Part shown: in pieces, positions 10,617-19,691 of the stretch
How positions within the stretch are numbered: position 1 is the stretch's first letter
Layout of the letters: each line of letters opens with the position of its first letter
Assembly: GCA_046713235.1 (NCBI GenBank)
Contig: JBKKBZ010000101.1
Location: forward strand, 345 to 64,344
Direction: 5' to 3'
Source: Actinomycetota bacterium
GTDB lineage: Bacteria; Actinomycetota; AC-67
Length of the DNA: 64,000 nt
The notes under the pieces: model-generated
What the model was told of the DNA's origin: nothing
The model's input: the letters and a program-made list of their open reading frames with translations, nothing else
Databases searched by the model: none
Translations under genes and position numbers: made by a program

Positions 10617-10632
10617 CCGCGGCATTTCCCCG

Positions 10633-11655
10633 ATGACGGAGACCTACCGGCAAGCGGAAAACATCCGCGTCGACGTGCATCTCGGGCCCACCGACATGGG
10701 AGACGCGTTGCGCTCCGATGTGCTCTCCGGCCTCACGTCGTCACCCAAAGAACTCCCTCCGAAGTGGTTCTACGACCGACGAGGCTCGGCGCTCTTCGAG
10801 GAGATCACGCGCCTCCCCGAGTACTACCCCACCCGGTGCGAACGCGCGATTCTGCGGGAAAAGTCCCGCACCATCGCGGCCGTAAGCGGCGCCGACACCA
10901 TCGTGGAGCTCGGATCCGGGACGTCGGAAAAAACCCGGCTCATCCTCGACGCGTTCTTCCAGGCGGGCCGGCTGGAACGCTTTATCCCGTTCGATGTCAG
11001 TGAAGCGACGCTTCGGTCGGCCGCAAGAGCCGTTTGCGAGGAGTATCCGGGCGTCGTCGTCCACGCGGTCGTCGGCGACTTCGAGCGGCATGTGCCGGCG
11101 ATCCCGCGCGAGGGCCGGCGTCTCATCGCGTTTCTGGGCGGAACGATAGGCAACTTGCCGGTCGCCACCCGCGCCGGATTCCTCAGCGCGCTCGCTGCCG
11201 CGATGTCGCCGGGTGACTCGCTGTTGCTCGGAACGGATCTGGTGAAGGACGTGGGCAGGCTCGAGGCCGCGTACAACGATGCGGACGGCGTAACCGCCGC
11301 GTTCAACAAGAACATCCTCAGCGTGCTCAACCGCGAGCTCGCCGCAGACTTCGACCCGGACCGCTTCGCGCACGTCGCCCGGTACGAGGTTGGCGAGGAG
11401 CGCATCGAAATGTGGCTGCGCTCGAGCGTCGATCAGACGGTGCGTGTGACCGCACTCGGGCTCGCGGTGGCCTTCGGTGACGGTGAGGAGATGCGAACCG
11501 AGATCAGCGCGAAGTTCCGCCGCGAGACGGTCGAAGCCGAGCTCGCCGCCGCCGGCTTGGAGATCGCTCACTGGTGGACGGATCCGGACGGAGACTTCGC
11601 CCTCTCGCTGTCCATCCCGAAGGACCTGCGCTCTGCCGCGCTCCTCCTCCGGTAA
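10633..11655 (+). CDS. egtD: L-histidine N-alpha-methyltransferase
   Basis: EgtD-family sequence ([17 protein letters not shown] motif, DUF323-like C-terminus). Confidence 0.9.
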   Translation: MTETYRQAENIRVDVHLGPTDMGDALRSDVLSGLTSSPKELPPKWFYDRRGSALFEEITRLPEYYPTRCERAILREKSRTIAAVSGADTIVELGSGTSEKTRLILDAFFQAGRLERFIPFDVSEATLRSAARAVCEEYPGVVVHAVVGDFERHVPAIPREGRRLIAFLGGTIGNLPVATRAGFLSALAAAMSPGDSLLLGTDLVKDVGRLEAAYNDADGVTAAFNKNILSVLNRELAADFDPDRFAHVARYEVGEERIEMWLRSSVDQTVRVTALGLAVAFGDGEEMRTEISAKFRRETVEAELAAAGLEIAHWWTDPDGDFALSLSIPKDLRSAALLLR

Positions 11656-11682
11656 CATCTCGGCGCGACGGAGGAGGGAACC

Positions 11683-12390
11683 GTGGGGGCGTACGGAACG
11701 ATTCTCGGTGTGTGGGCTCATCCCGACGACGAGACCTATCTATCGGCCGGCGTCATGGCGCAGGCGGTCCACGAGGGTGACCGTGTCGTCTGTGTGACGG
11801 CCACGCGGGGCGAAGAGGGATCCTGGGACGAAGAGCGCTGGCCTCCCGCGGAGATGGGCAAGGTCCGAGAAGCCGAGCTTCTAGAGTGCTTGGCCATCCT
11901 CGGGGTGCGTGAGCATCATTGGCTCGACGTCGTTGACGGGACCTGCGAAAGGCTGACTTTGGAGCAGGGTGTGGCGCTGGTGCAGCCCCTCCTAGCCGAG
12001 GTGCAGCCCGATCTCGTCCTGACCTTCGGTCCCGAAGGCATGACAGATCATGCCGACCACAAGGCCGTGAACTCGTGGACGGGCGAGGCCTTCCGCCGGG
12101 AGGCGAAGCCGGGCTCACGCCTGCTCTACGCCACGTACACCAAGGAATGGGCCGACGAGTTCGTTCCAATCATGAACCGTTTCAACGTCTTCGCGGAAGG
12201 AACTCCCCCGGTCACGCCGCGGGACGAGCTCGAGATCGGCTTCGAGCTTCCGCCGGACTTGCTCGAGCTCAAGATCCGGGGCATCGAGGCGCACGTGAGC
12301 CAGATCGAGGGAATGCTCAAGGCGTTCGGCGAGGACTTCTTCCGCAGAGCAATGGCAGCGGAGTACTTCCGTCTCGGAGACTCCGCTTAA
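11683..12390 (+). CDS. PIG-L/LmbE-family N-acetylglucosaminyl deacetylase
   Basis: GVWAHPDDE zinc-binding motif. Confidence 0.8.
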   Translation: MGAYGTILGVWAHPDDETYLSAGVMAQAVHEGDRVVCVTATRGEEGSWDEERWPPAEMGKVREAELLECLAILGVREHHWLDVVDGTCERLTLEQGVALVQPLLAEVQPDLVLTFGPEGMTDHADHKAVNSWTGEAFRREAKPGSRLLYATYTKEWADEFVPIMNRFNVFAEGTPPVTPRDELEIGFELPPDLLELKIRGIEAHVSQIEGMLKAFGEDFFRRAMAAEYFRLGDSA

Positions 12391-12483
12391 GGACGCAGGC
12401 GCGACTCGGCAGTCCAGGCTTTCACAAATAGCACATGCTGGCTATGGCGGTCGTAGGACTCGTCTCGTAGCGTCCTATCATCC

Positions 12484-12945
12484 ATGGACGCATCGCGCTT
12501 TGAAACCGGCACGGAACTCGATCCTGGTGACCCGGATTCGGAAGACTGGGCCCCGGTGGGATCCGAACAGCCGAGCCGGATCATCCTGATCGTGGACGAT
12601 GAACCCGACATCCTGTTCGTCCTCGAAGTCATTCTCCGGAGCGCTGGGTACCGGGTCATCGAAGCCAATCACGGGGCTTCTGCGCTCGAAGTCCTTTCCG
12701 AGTTGGTCCCCGACCTCATCATCACGGACTTGATGATGCCGGTCATGGACGGACACGAGCTCATCGCCAGGGTCCGAGAGGATCCGGTCACCACCTCGAT
12801 CCCGGTCATCGTCCTCACGGCCTACCCCGGGGTTGCCGCCCACGCCGAGACGACGATGAAGAAGCCGTTCCTGGCCAAGGATCTTCTCGACGTGGTGGGG
12901 AGAGCCTTTCCGGCTTCCGTCCATCCCGCCACCGGCACCGGCTAA
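12484..12945 (+). CDS. stand-alone response-regulator receiver domain (CheY-like)
   Basis: ILIVDDEPD ... DLIITDLMMP ... KKPF receiver signature with no output domain. Confidence 0.75.
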   Translation: MDASRFETGTELDPGDPDSEDWAPVGSEQPSRIILIVDDEPDILFVLEVILRSAGYRVIEANHGASALEVLSELVPDLIITDLMMPVMDGHELIARVREDPVTTSIPVIVLTAYPGVAAHAETTMKKPFLAKDLLDVVGRAFPASVHPATGTG

Positions 12946-12987
12946 ACAGCCGGAATAGCGGGCAGGATCCCGGCGTTCAAGCCCGGG

Positions 12988-14019
12988 ATGGCCCAGATCA
13001 GGTTTCTCGACACCCTGCTCGGAAACGGCGCGGGCGAAAACAACGGAGACCCCAGCGAGGCCTCCGAGGCAGAGGCGCTGGATGCCTACTCCCGGATCGT
13101 GACGTTAGTTGCCGAGCGGCTCGCTCCCTCGGTCGCCAACCTCCGCGTCACGCGGCGCAGGCGCGGCGGAGGACGGGATGCCGACGGCGGCGGCAGCGGC
13201 GTGGTAATCAGCCCCGACGGCTTCATCCTCACCTCTGCCCACGTCGTGGCCGGCTGCGACGGCGGTACGGCGTCTTTCGTTGATGGCCGCGAGCTTTTCC
13301 TCGAGGTGTGCGGCACGGATCCGCTCTCCGATCTTGCGGTGGTTCGGGCGACCGGCGGCGAGCTGGTCCCGGTGACGCTCGGTGACGCATCCGGCCTGCG
13401 GGTCGGCCAGCTCGTGGTTGCCATCGGAAACCCCTTCGGGTTCGCAGGCTCGGTGACGGCCGGCGTGGTGAGCGCGCTCGGCCGCTCCTTTCCCACGCGA
13501 TCGGGAAACGTCAACCGCGTGATAGAAAACGTGATTCAGACCGATGCAGCCCTCCATCCCGGAAACTCCGGCGGAGCGCTGGCCGACGGAGCCGGACGGG
13601 TGGTGGGGATCAACACCGCCGTCGTCGGACCCGGTCTCGGGCAGGGGCTCGGCCTCGCAGTGCCGATCAACGACGCGACCCGGCGAATCGTGGCCGCCCT
13701 CATCACCGACGGCCGCGTGCGCCGCGCCTATCTCGGCGTTGCCGGAGGGCCGCGACCGCTCCCGCCGAAGCTTGCGCGGCAGATCGAGCGAGATCACGGC
13801 GTCGAAATCGTTCAGGTGGTCGAGGACAGTCCCGCGGCACGCGCCGGAATCAGATCCGAGGATCTCCTGCTCGAGGTCGAGGGAGCGCCCGTGCGAGGCA
13901 TGGACGACCTGCAGCGCCTCATGGACGCCCATGCAATCGGTCGCCAGATCTCGATCGTGGTCGCTCGCGCCGGAGGTCTGCTCATGCTGACCGTCACGCC
14001 GGAGGAACTGGCCGGCTGA
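12988..14019 (+). CDS. HtrA/DegP-family trypsin-like serine protease with C-terminal PDZ domain
   Basis: TSAHVV (His), GNSGGAL (Ser) and a PDZ-like C-terminus. Confidence 0.85.
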   Translation: MAQIRFLDTLLGNGAGENNGDPSEASEAEALDAYSRIVTLVAERLAPSVANLRVTRRRRGGGRDADGGGSGVVISPDGFILTSAHVVAGCDGGTASFVDGRELFLEVCGTDPLSDLAVVRATGGELVPVTLGDASGLRVGQLVVAIGNPFGFAGSVTAGVVSALGRSFPTRSGNVNRVIENVIQTDAALHPGNSGGALADGAGRVVGINTAVVGPGLGQGLGLAVPINDATRRIVAALITDGRVRRAYLGVAGGPRPLPPKLARQIERDHGVEIVQVVEDSPAARAGIRSEDLLLEVEGAPVRGMDDLQRLMDAHAIGRQISIVVARAGGLLMLTVTPEELAG

Positions 14020-14300
14020 TTCAGACATCCCGAGTTGCGTCCAAAGATCGATGTAGTGCAGGCCCCGGGCCGGCTTGCTGGGACTCCCTCGTCATCGCCG
14101 CAGCGCGCACGCAATCGTGTGATCGCCATCTGACCCAGGACCTCCAAGACGGGCATGACCTGGGAGGGGTCACAGTCGTCAACCCGTTCATCCACACGCC
14201 CGATTGAAAGCGTTTGGTCTGGAGCAAACGGGCTGGGCAATCCTCCTTCTTCATGGGATGACCAAGCTGGCGCCGAAGGACGCTGGTCACCGTTGCGCAA

Positions 14301-14320
14301 TTATAGCGGTACCGCTATAA
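14301..14320. promoter_or_regulatory. perfect 20-bp palindrome TTATAGCGGTACCGCTATAA overlapping a TATAAT -10 box, 9 nt upstream of the HTH gene start
   Basis: Read directly: TTATAGCGGT is the reverse complement of ACCGCTATAA, and TATAAT sits at about 14316-14321. Likely operator/promoter of the downstream XRE regulator. Confidence 0.55.
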
Positions 14321-14329
14321 TAGCAGGTC

Positions 14330-14668
14330 ATGGGCATGGAAGCGTATTCGAGGCACCTGATCCGGATGGCGCGACGCCGGTCGGGGCTGACGCAAGAGGC
14401 GCTCGCCGGCCGGGCGGCGACCACGCAGTCGGCGATCTCGGCGTACGAGTCGGGCCGGCGTTCCCCCTCAGTTCAGACACTCGCGCGGATTCTCGCGGCT
14501 GCGGGACTCGAGCTGCGCATGCGCGCGGTGGAGCCGGGCTCGCACGATGCGTCACGCCGCACGGCCGAGGCGCTGCTGCCGGCCGGCCAGCTCGAAGCCT
14601 TCAATGCCGCCGAGGGCCGCAGAGTGGGGGCGGGCGGGCGCCGCCGGGTGCGGGACGGCCGTGGCTGA
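14330..14668 (+). CDS. XRE-family helix-turn-helix DNA-binding protein
   Basis: RSGLTQEALAGRAATTQSAISAYESGRRSPSVQTLARIL HTH_3 signature. Confidence 0.7.
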   Translation: MGMEAYSRHLIRMARRRSGLTQEALAGRAATTQSAISAYESGRRSPSVQTLARILAAAGLELRMRAVEPGSHDASRRTAEALLPAGQLEAFNAAEGRRVGAGGRRRVRDGRG

Positions 14669-15161
14669 TCTCGACATCGCCGGCCTCGTCCGCAGCTTGA
14701 ACGTGCGCGGGGTCCGCTACGTGATCATCGGGGGAGTCGCTGCTTTGGTCCATGACCTGCCCCTGCCGGCCACGGTGGACCTCGACGTAACGCCTGCGCG
14801 TGACGTCGAGAACCTCTCGCGGCTCGCGGAGGTCTTCGATGACCTCGATGCCGGACTGCTGACCGCAGAGCCGGCAGGCGCATGGTTCCCGCGTCACCCG
14901 GTCGAGAAGTGGTCCCAGTACGACACGTTGCACCTGATGACGAACTACGGACCGCTCGACCTTGTGTTTGCGCCCGACGGCGCGCCGCGAGGGTTCGACG
15001 ACCTGATCGACTCCGCGGAGCAGCGTCCCGTCCAAGCCGCTGACGCGACAGCACTCGTCATCTCTGTGTCCATGTGGGAGCGGCTCAAGCACGCGACAGG
15101 CCGGGCGAAGGATCTCGAGCACCTCGACCGGTTCTACGAACAGGGCGATGATCGCACGTAG
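14661..15161 (+). CDS. minimal Pol-beta-superfamily nucleotidyltransferase-fold protein (putative toxin/effector partner of the HTH protein)
   Basis: hGG-x14-DLDV motif (IIGGVAALVHDLPLPATVDLDV). GTG start overlaps the HTH stop by 8 nt (GTGGCTGA). Confidence 0.5.
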   Translation: MADLDIAGLVRSLNVRGVRYVIIGGVAALVHDLPLPATVDLDVTPARDVENLSRLAEVFDDLDAGLLTAEPAGAWFPRHPVEKWSQYDTLHLMTNYGPLDLVFAPDGAPRGFDDLIDSAEQRPVQAADATALVISVSMWERLKHATGRAKDLEHLDRFYEQGDDRT

Positions 15162-15309
15162 GTCTTCACGGGCCGCTCCGGCGGTGGGGCGGCTCGGAGG
15201 GACTCGACACCCCGAGTGGGGACCGGCACGAAGCCCGACCCATGCATCTGAAGAGCTGGGAACGCGCGCGTCCGATGGAGCTATGGCAGATGGACGTGAT
15301 GGGCCGTGG

Positions 15310-16095
15310 TCACTCGTTACGGAAAGTTCGCACTAGTTGCCAAAACTCTGGCGACGTTTCGTCGTAGGATGCATTGCCAATCAGGAATTCGATGAGGATC
15401 TTTGATCCGAGACCGTACAAAGGCGGTTTCGGCGCCTTGCTTAGCGGCACCAACACATACAGGATCTTGAGGTCTCCGCTCGCAGAGCCCTTGCTGGTAC
15501 TGGGATCGAAACGAATGGAGCACCACTTCGCTTCCGTTCCAGGAACCGCCGCATCCTTGTCCGGGGTGCAGCCATCATCAATCACATTGACGTTCGGCGG
15601 AAACACATTGAAGCGGACCGCGGCAAAATCACGGTCAATGACCGCGTCGAACAGGTTCTGAGAGCCAACCCAGGGGAAACCCTTTGCGGCTAGCAGCGTG
15701 AGATTCCAAAGGTTAGAGACAGGGATTGAGGCTAAAGGCAGCGGCTTGTCGAGGTCAGTGAATCCCCATCCCTTCGGATAGCAAAAGCCGTACCCAACTT
15801 TGGTGTTTCGGAAATAGTTCCAGTCACCGCTCGGACAACGACCCGGTGGGGCTGTAGCTACGGTGGGAACCGATGGTTCCGTTGGCAAAGCGGTGGGCAG
15901 CGTCGGGAGAGTAGGCAGGGTAGGAAGCGTTGGTACCAGCAACGGAAGACGCCCGGGGTTTTCTTGTTCTCCGCATGAGGCGAGCAGAAGAAGCAGCGAA
16001 AGCGACACCAGGAAGCAGCCAGGCCGACTGGAGCGTCGCGGCGGCAAGCATCGAGAAGCGCTTGATGCGTCCACCCGCCTGGCCGGCTGCTTCAT
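15310..16095 (-). CDS. lipoprotein with PTLPTLPTLPTLP repeat, function unknown
   Basis: Lipobox LLLLASC and a PTLP tandem repeat. Local GC is visibly lower than the flanks. Exact start uncertain. Confidence 0.55.
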   Translation of the reverse strand: MKQPARRVDASSASRCLPPRRSSRPGCFLVSLSLLLLLASCGEQENPGRLPLLVPTLPTLPTLPTLPTALPTEPSVPTVATAPPGRCPSGDWNYFRNTKVGYGFCYPKGWGFTDLDKPLPLASIPVSNLWNLTLLAAKGFPWVGSQNLFDAVIDRDFAAVRFNVFPPNVNVIDDGCTPDKDAAVPGTEAKWCSIRFDPSTSKGSASGDLKILYVLVPLSKAPKPPLYGLGSKILIEFLIGNASYDETSPEFWQLVRTFRNE

Positions 16096-16363
16096 GGCTC
16101 CTCCCGAATGTGGCGTTTACCCCTTAGTTCTCCAACAGTAGTCGGAGTCCTGGGCGGCGTCCGCGATCGCCCGATGGCGATGAAGCCCGAACTCGTCCGC
16201 TCGCTCGACGAGATTCCACACCTCACGCGGGTCCGTCGGCTCGGTCGCCCCGATCCCCCTATGGTCGATTCCGCACGCGCAGCGGCTACCTCCAAGTCTA
16301 ACGTCGCCCGTGCGGCATCAACGCGCTTCAGACCTCGGCACGCCGGCATGAGATGATGGCGCT

Positions 16364-16849
16364 GTGCCAGACCATTCCGACCGGCCCGAGGAACGTCTCG
16401 ACCTGACTGCGCTCGAGCGTCTGTCTGCGGATGCTCCGCTTCCGCGGCCTCCCCGTGGACCAATCCTGGGGAAAGTTCTCGCGTTCCTCGTTCCCCTTGC
16501 CGTACTCACGTTGGTGCCGTGGTTTCTCATCTCGCGCATGCGAAACGAGCCTGTGCGCCCGAGCACAGCCGCGACCCAAACACCCACCGCGTCGGCGAGC
16601 GTAGAGGTTTCGGCGACTCCGTCGGCAACCCCTGCTGCCGGGTTCTACGAAGTCACGGTGTCGGAGAACTGCCTGCGCGTGCGCGAATCGCCGGGGCTCG
16701 ACGGTGACGTCGTGGACTGCCTGGGCCCCGGCTATCAGGTAACGAGCGACGGCGTACTTCGCGACATAGACGCCGTGGGATGGATGCAGATTCGCTACGG
16801 CAAGAAGACCGGCTGGGTCGCCGAACGCTATCTCAAAAAAACCGGCTGA
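16364..16849 (+). CDS. membrane-anchored bacterial SH3 (SH3b) domain protein
   Basis: TM helix, then a Thr/Ala/Ser-rich linker, then SH3_3-like YEVTVSENCLRVRESPGLDGDVV...GWMQIRY. Confidence 0.6.
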   Translation: MPDHSDRPEERLDLTALERLSADAPLPRPPRGPILGKVLAFLVPLAVLTLVPWFLISRMRNEPVRPSTAATQTPTASASVEVSATPSATPAAGFYEVTVSENCLRVRESPGLDGDVVDCLGPGYQVTSDGVLRDIDAVGWMQIRYGKKTGWVAERYLKKTG

Positions 16850-17319
16850 GGACGTCGGCGCCCGGGAGGAGCAAGCGCAGCACGTGCGTCGTCCAGGGTC
16901 ACTACGCGCTTGCGGTAATTGCGGAGCGCGAAGCGGTCACAGGCCGTCTCCCCCGCGCCTTTCCGCCCGAGTGTTTCGTGCAAGAACCAGTGGTACCACT
17001 CGTGGCAGTAAAGGAACCGCAGGACCTCGCGCCGCGTGCGAAAGGTGATGCCCTCGGACATCCACGCAAAGCGCATCCCTCGGGCCGGCAGCCGCTTCGC
17101 CGCATACGGAACCACTTCCCCGAAAGGCAGGAACGGTTCCGGTATCTGAATGGTGATCCGGTGCTCCTCGAACTCCGTCCAGGCTCCGAGGTGCGGACGC
17201 GAGCGGTAGCGCAGCGGCCTTACGTGGAGCTCATACCCCTCCGCCGGCGGCAATCCCGCGAGCGCCGACCGGATGCGCTCAGGTGACAGCGCGGAATGTG
17301 TGCTGGTTATCCGATCCAC
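16828..17319 (-). CDS. hypothetical protein with HExxH (CHEWYHWFLHE) motif, possible small zinc-dependent peptidase
   Basis: Co-directional, 36 nt downstream of the tadG-like gene. HEWYH motif read directly. No confident family assignment. Confidence 0.45.
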   Translation of the reverse strand: MDRITSTHSALSPERIRSALAGLPPAEGYELHVRPLRYRSRPHLGAWTEFEEHRITIQIPEPFLPFGEVVPYAAKRLPARGMRFAWMSEGITFRTRREVLRFLYCHEWYHWFLHETLGRKGAGETACDRFALRNYRKRVVTLDDARAALAPPGRRRPQPVFLR

Positions 17320-17355
17320 GCCGCGGAGCGTAGCGGATCGAAGCGCGAAAACTCC

Positions 17356-19251
17356 CTAGCCGATGAGGCGGCGGCGTTCGCGGTCGGAATTGCCGTTTCC
17401 GCCGGGCCCGCCACCGCCGGAGCCGCCTACGCCGCCGGAGCCGCCCCCGCCACCGCTCGTCGTCGGCGTGCAACTCAAGAAGAAATTGTCCACGTCGGCG
17501 CCGGCCAGTGTGGTGCCCGTCTCCGGGCCGAGCCCGAGGACGGCCATGGCGTCGTGCATGATCGTGTCCAGCTCCTTGAGCATCGGCTTCACGAGCGCGA
17601 GAACCGCGGCGTCCACGCCGGGGAGCGGAAGCCCAAGGGCCGTCGTTGCCGTCGCGGTGACGCTTGCTTCCAGCAGATCGCCCATGCGTATCGCCGTGGC
17701 TCCGACCGTCTGCTTTGCCGGAGCCGTTCCCGGCGGGAGCGCCCACGGAAAGATCAGATCCGCGACGGCGCCGTTGATCGTTCCCTCGCCCGTCCCGGTC
17801 ACCGTCACCACACCGGGCGCGTCCACGAAGGTCGCCGGACTCACCGTAGCGGGGGTGGAGCCGTCCGTCATCGCCGAAGAGCCAACCGTCCCGACAAAGG
17901 CCCGGAGCGCGTCGGTCTCGGCGTGAATCCCGACACCCCCGTTCGTGCAGTCCGTCGCGGTCAGCGAGCCGGCGGCGGCGTTGCCCTCGAGGTACACCGG
18001 GACCGTGACCGGGTAGACGGCACCCGAGATCTCAACCCCATCGGTGAGCGACATCGTGAGCTGAAATCGCGCCTGGGCGGTGCGTGCTCGCGTGACCCAC
18101 AGACCGTCCGTGCCCACCGCTGCAGGCCCGAGCGCCATGGCCGGCTTTTCGATGAACCCCACCGACAGCGTGCTTCCGGTGAGCCCTGAAACGCTCGCCG
18201 GCAGATTGAACGTGATCAAGCGGTTCTTGTTGGCAATCTCGGCCGCAGCGACGATGAACGGGAGCACCTTGAGCTTGGCCTTGCCGACCTGACCCGGGGT
18301 GGAAGCACTGATGTCGAGCAGATCTCCGATCACCAGCGTCAGGTCGGCGTCCGCGACTGCGGCAATCGACGCAAGGGCAGCGGCGGCGGTCAGGGCCTCC
18401 GGCGAACCGTCGGCCGCCAGCGCCTGGATGGATGCCTGGAGAAGCGTCGGTATGCTCACCGACGCCGACAGGACTTGTTCGGGTGAGCCGGTACCGGTCA
18501 TGAACCCCAGCGTGGTCAGCAGGGAATTCACGGTGATCGTCGCGTCGGCAAGGCCCTGGTACCCGGCTGCGTCGAGCGTGATCGTCCCGTTGACCAAACC
18601 TCCCAATGCCTGATTTGCCGTCTGCGCAAATGTGGGGCTCGAACGCGCGCCGAAGGATCCGATCGAGAAGCCGCCCAAGCCGTCGGTCGTCGTGAGCGAA
18701 GATGGAGGAGACGACGAGGCGGTTGGTGTCGGCGACGCGGTCGGTGTCGAGTTCGGGGCCACCCCGAACTCATCGGCCAGCGCGACGGCTTCCGCCGTCA
18801 GCAGCGTGGTCCCGGGTAGAAAATGGCTCTCGACGGCCGCGGTAATCGTGATGCGCACGGCATTCGCCAACCCCATGGCCGATCCACTGGGAAGGGCGAC
18901 GAACGTTCGGGTAGCCCCCTGGGCCATTCCCACCTCGACGAGAAGCGAGTGACCCGCCACCGTGTCGGTCCAGTTGTAGCTGTTGCGCTCCGCGCTGCGC
19001 TGGGCGAGGTCGATCGCAAAGAGCTCTTCGCTGCCCGGAACCCGGCGATCCCCGACCGCGCGTACGGCGTCCAGGGACACCGAGTCGGCAATCGTCTGCA
19101 GCCTGCGGTCGCGCCAGGCCCGATGGCCCACATCGACGCCCATCGCCGCCCCGCCGATCACGAAGACCATCGATAAGGCGGCGGTTAGGGCGATCGCGCC
19201 GCGCTCGGCGGAGCCGACGCGGGCGTGCACGCAACGAAGAAGGTTTCGCAT
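17356..19251 (-). CDS. tadG: TadG-like Flp-pilus-assembly protein (TadE/G N-terminal domain, large Thr/Ala-rich body, Gly-rich C-tail)
   Basis: N-terminus MRNLLRCVHARVGSAERGAIALTAALSMVFVIGG. ATG start overlaps the tadE stop (TAATG). Confidence 0.65.
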   Translation of the reverse strand: MRNLLRCVHARVGSAERGAIALTAALSMVFVIGGAAMGVDVGHRAWRDRRLQTIADSVSLDAVRAVGDRRVPGSEELFAIDLAQRSAERNSYNWTDTVAGHSLLVEVGMAQGATRTFVALPSGSAMGLANAVRITITAAVESHFLPGTTLLTAEAVALADEFGVAPNSTPTASPTPTASSSPPSSLTTTDGLGGFSIGSFGARSSPTFAQTANQALGGLVNGTITLDAAGYQGLADATITVNSLLTTLGFMTGTGSPEQVLSASVSIPTLLQASIQALAADGSPEALTAAAALASIAAVADADLTLVIGDLLDISASTPGQVGKAKLKVLPFIVAAAEIANKNRLITFNLPASVSGLTGSTLSVGFIEKPAMALGPAAVGTDGLWVTRARTAQARFQLTMSLTDGVEISGAVYPVTVPVYLEGNAAAGSLTATDCTNGGVGIHAETDALRAFVGTVGSSAMTDGSTPATVSPATFVDAPGVVTVTGTGEGTINGAVADLIFPWALPPGTAPAKQTVGATAIRMGDLLEASVTATATTALGLPLPGVDAAVLALVKPMLKELDTIMHDAMAVLGLGPETGTTLAGADVDNFFLSCTPTTSGGGGGSGGVGGSGGGGPGGNGNSDRERRRLIG

Positions 19252-19691
19252 TAGTCGAGCTGAACGATCGATTCGGCAGTGATCTCTGCGGGGACGCCGA
19301 TGTTCAGGATCGGCGGGATGATCGGGCGCTCCTTCCACGGGTAGACGACCCGAACATGGATGCAGTCGTAGGCATCGTCGGGCGGGGCGCAGGTGAAAAC
19401 CTCCGCCGTCACGTCGCTTGCGGAGATGCGTCCGCCGAGCCAACTGAGCCGGTCGAGCGCCACCTGCTCCGCATGCGCAACCTGTGTCACTCCCGTCGCC
19501 TGGGAAATCGCCGCCCGCGCCCCCTCCTCCGCCGCGTGCGTGATGCTGTTGTCCACGCCGAAGATGAACCCGTACATGAGGGTCCCGTAGAGGAAAACGA
19601 GGAGCACGATGGAAACGATGGCGAACTCGACGGCGGCGGCTCCACTTTCTTCGCGACGCCAGCGGGCGATGGGAGAGGTCGTCGGGCTCAT
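19251..19691 (-). CDS. tadE: TadE-family pilus assembly protein
   Basis: ESGAAAVEFAIVSIVLLVFLYG TadE signature. Start chosen at MSPTT. Confidence 0.75.
   Translation of the reverse strand: MSPTTSPIARWRREESGAAAVEFAIVSIVLLVFLYGTLMYGFIFGVDNSITHAAEEGARAAISQATGVTQVAHAEQVALDRLSWLGGRISASDVTAEVFTCAPPDDAYDCIHVRVVYPWKERPIIPPILNIGVPAEITAESIVQLD

Noticed and set aside
12435-12475. 6-bp inverted repeat TAGGAC-N12-GTCCTA upstream of the response-regulator gene
   Set aside because: Too short and too weak to call an operator or terminator. Expected by chance at this length.
16108-16356. 82-aa ORF between the lipoprotein and SH3 genes (MAMKPELVRSLDEIPHLTRVRR...)
   Set aside because: It has no recognisable motif, overlaps an antisense ORF of similar quality, and Arg-rich composition. 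I cannot support it as a gene.
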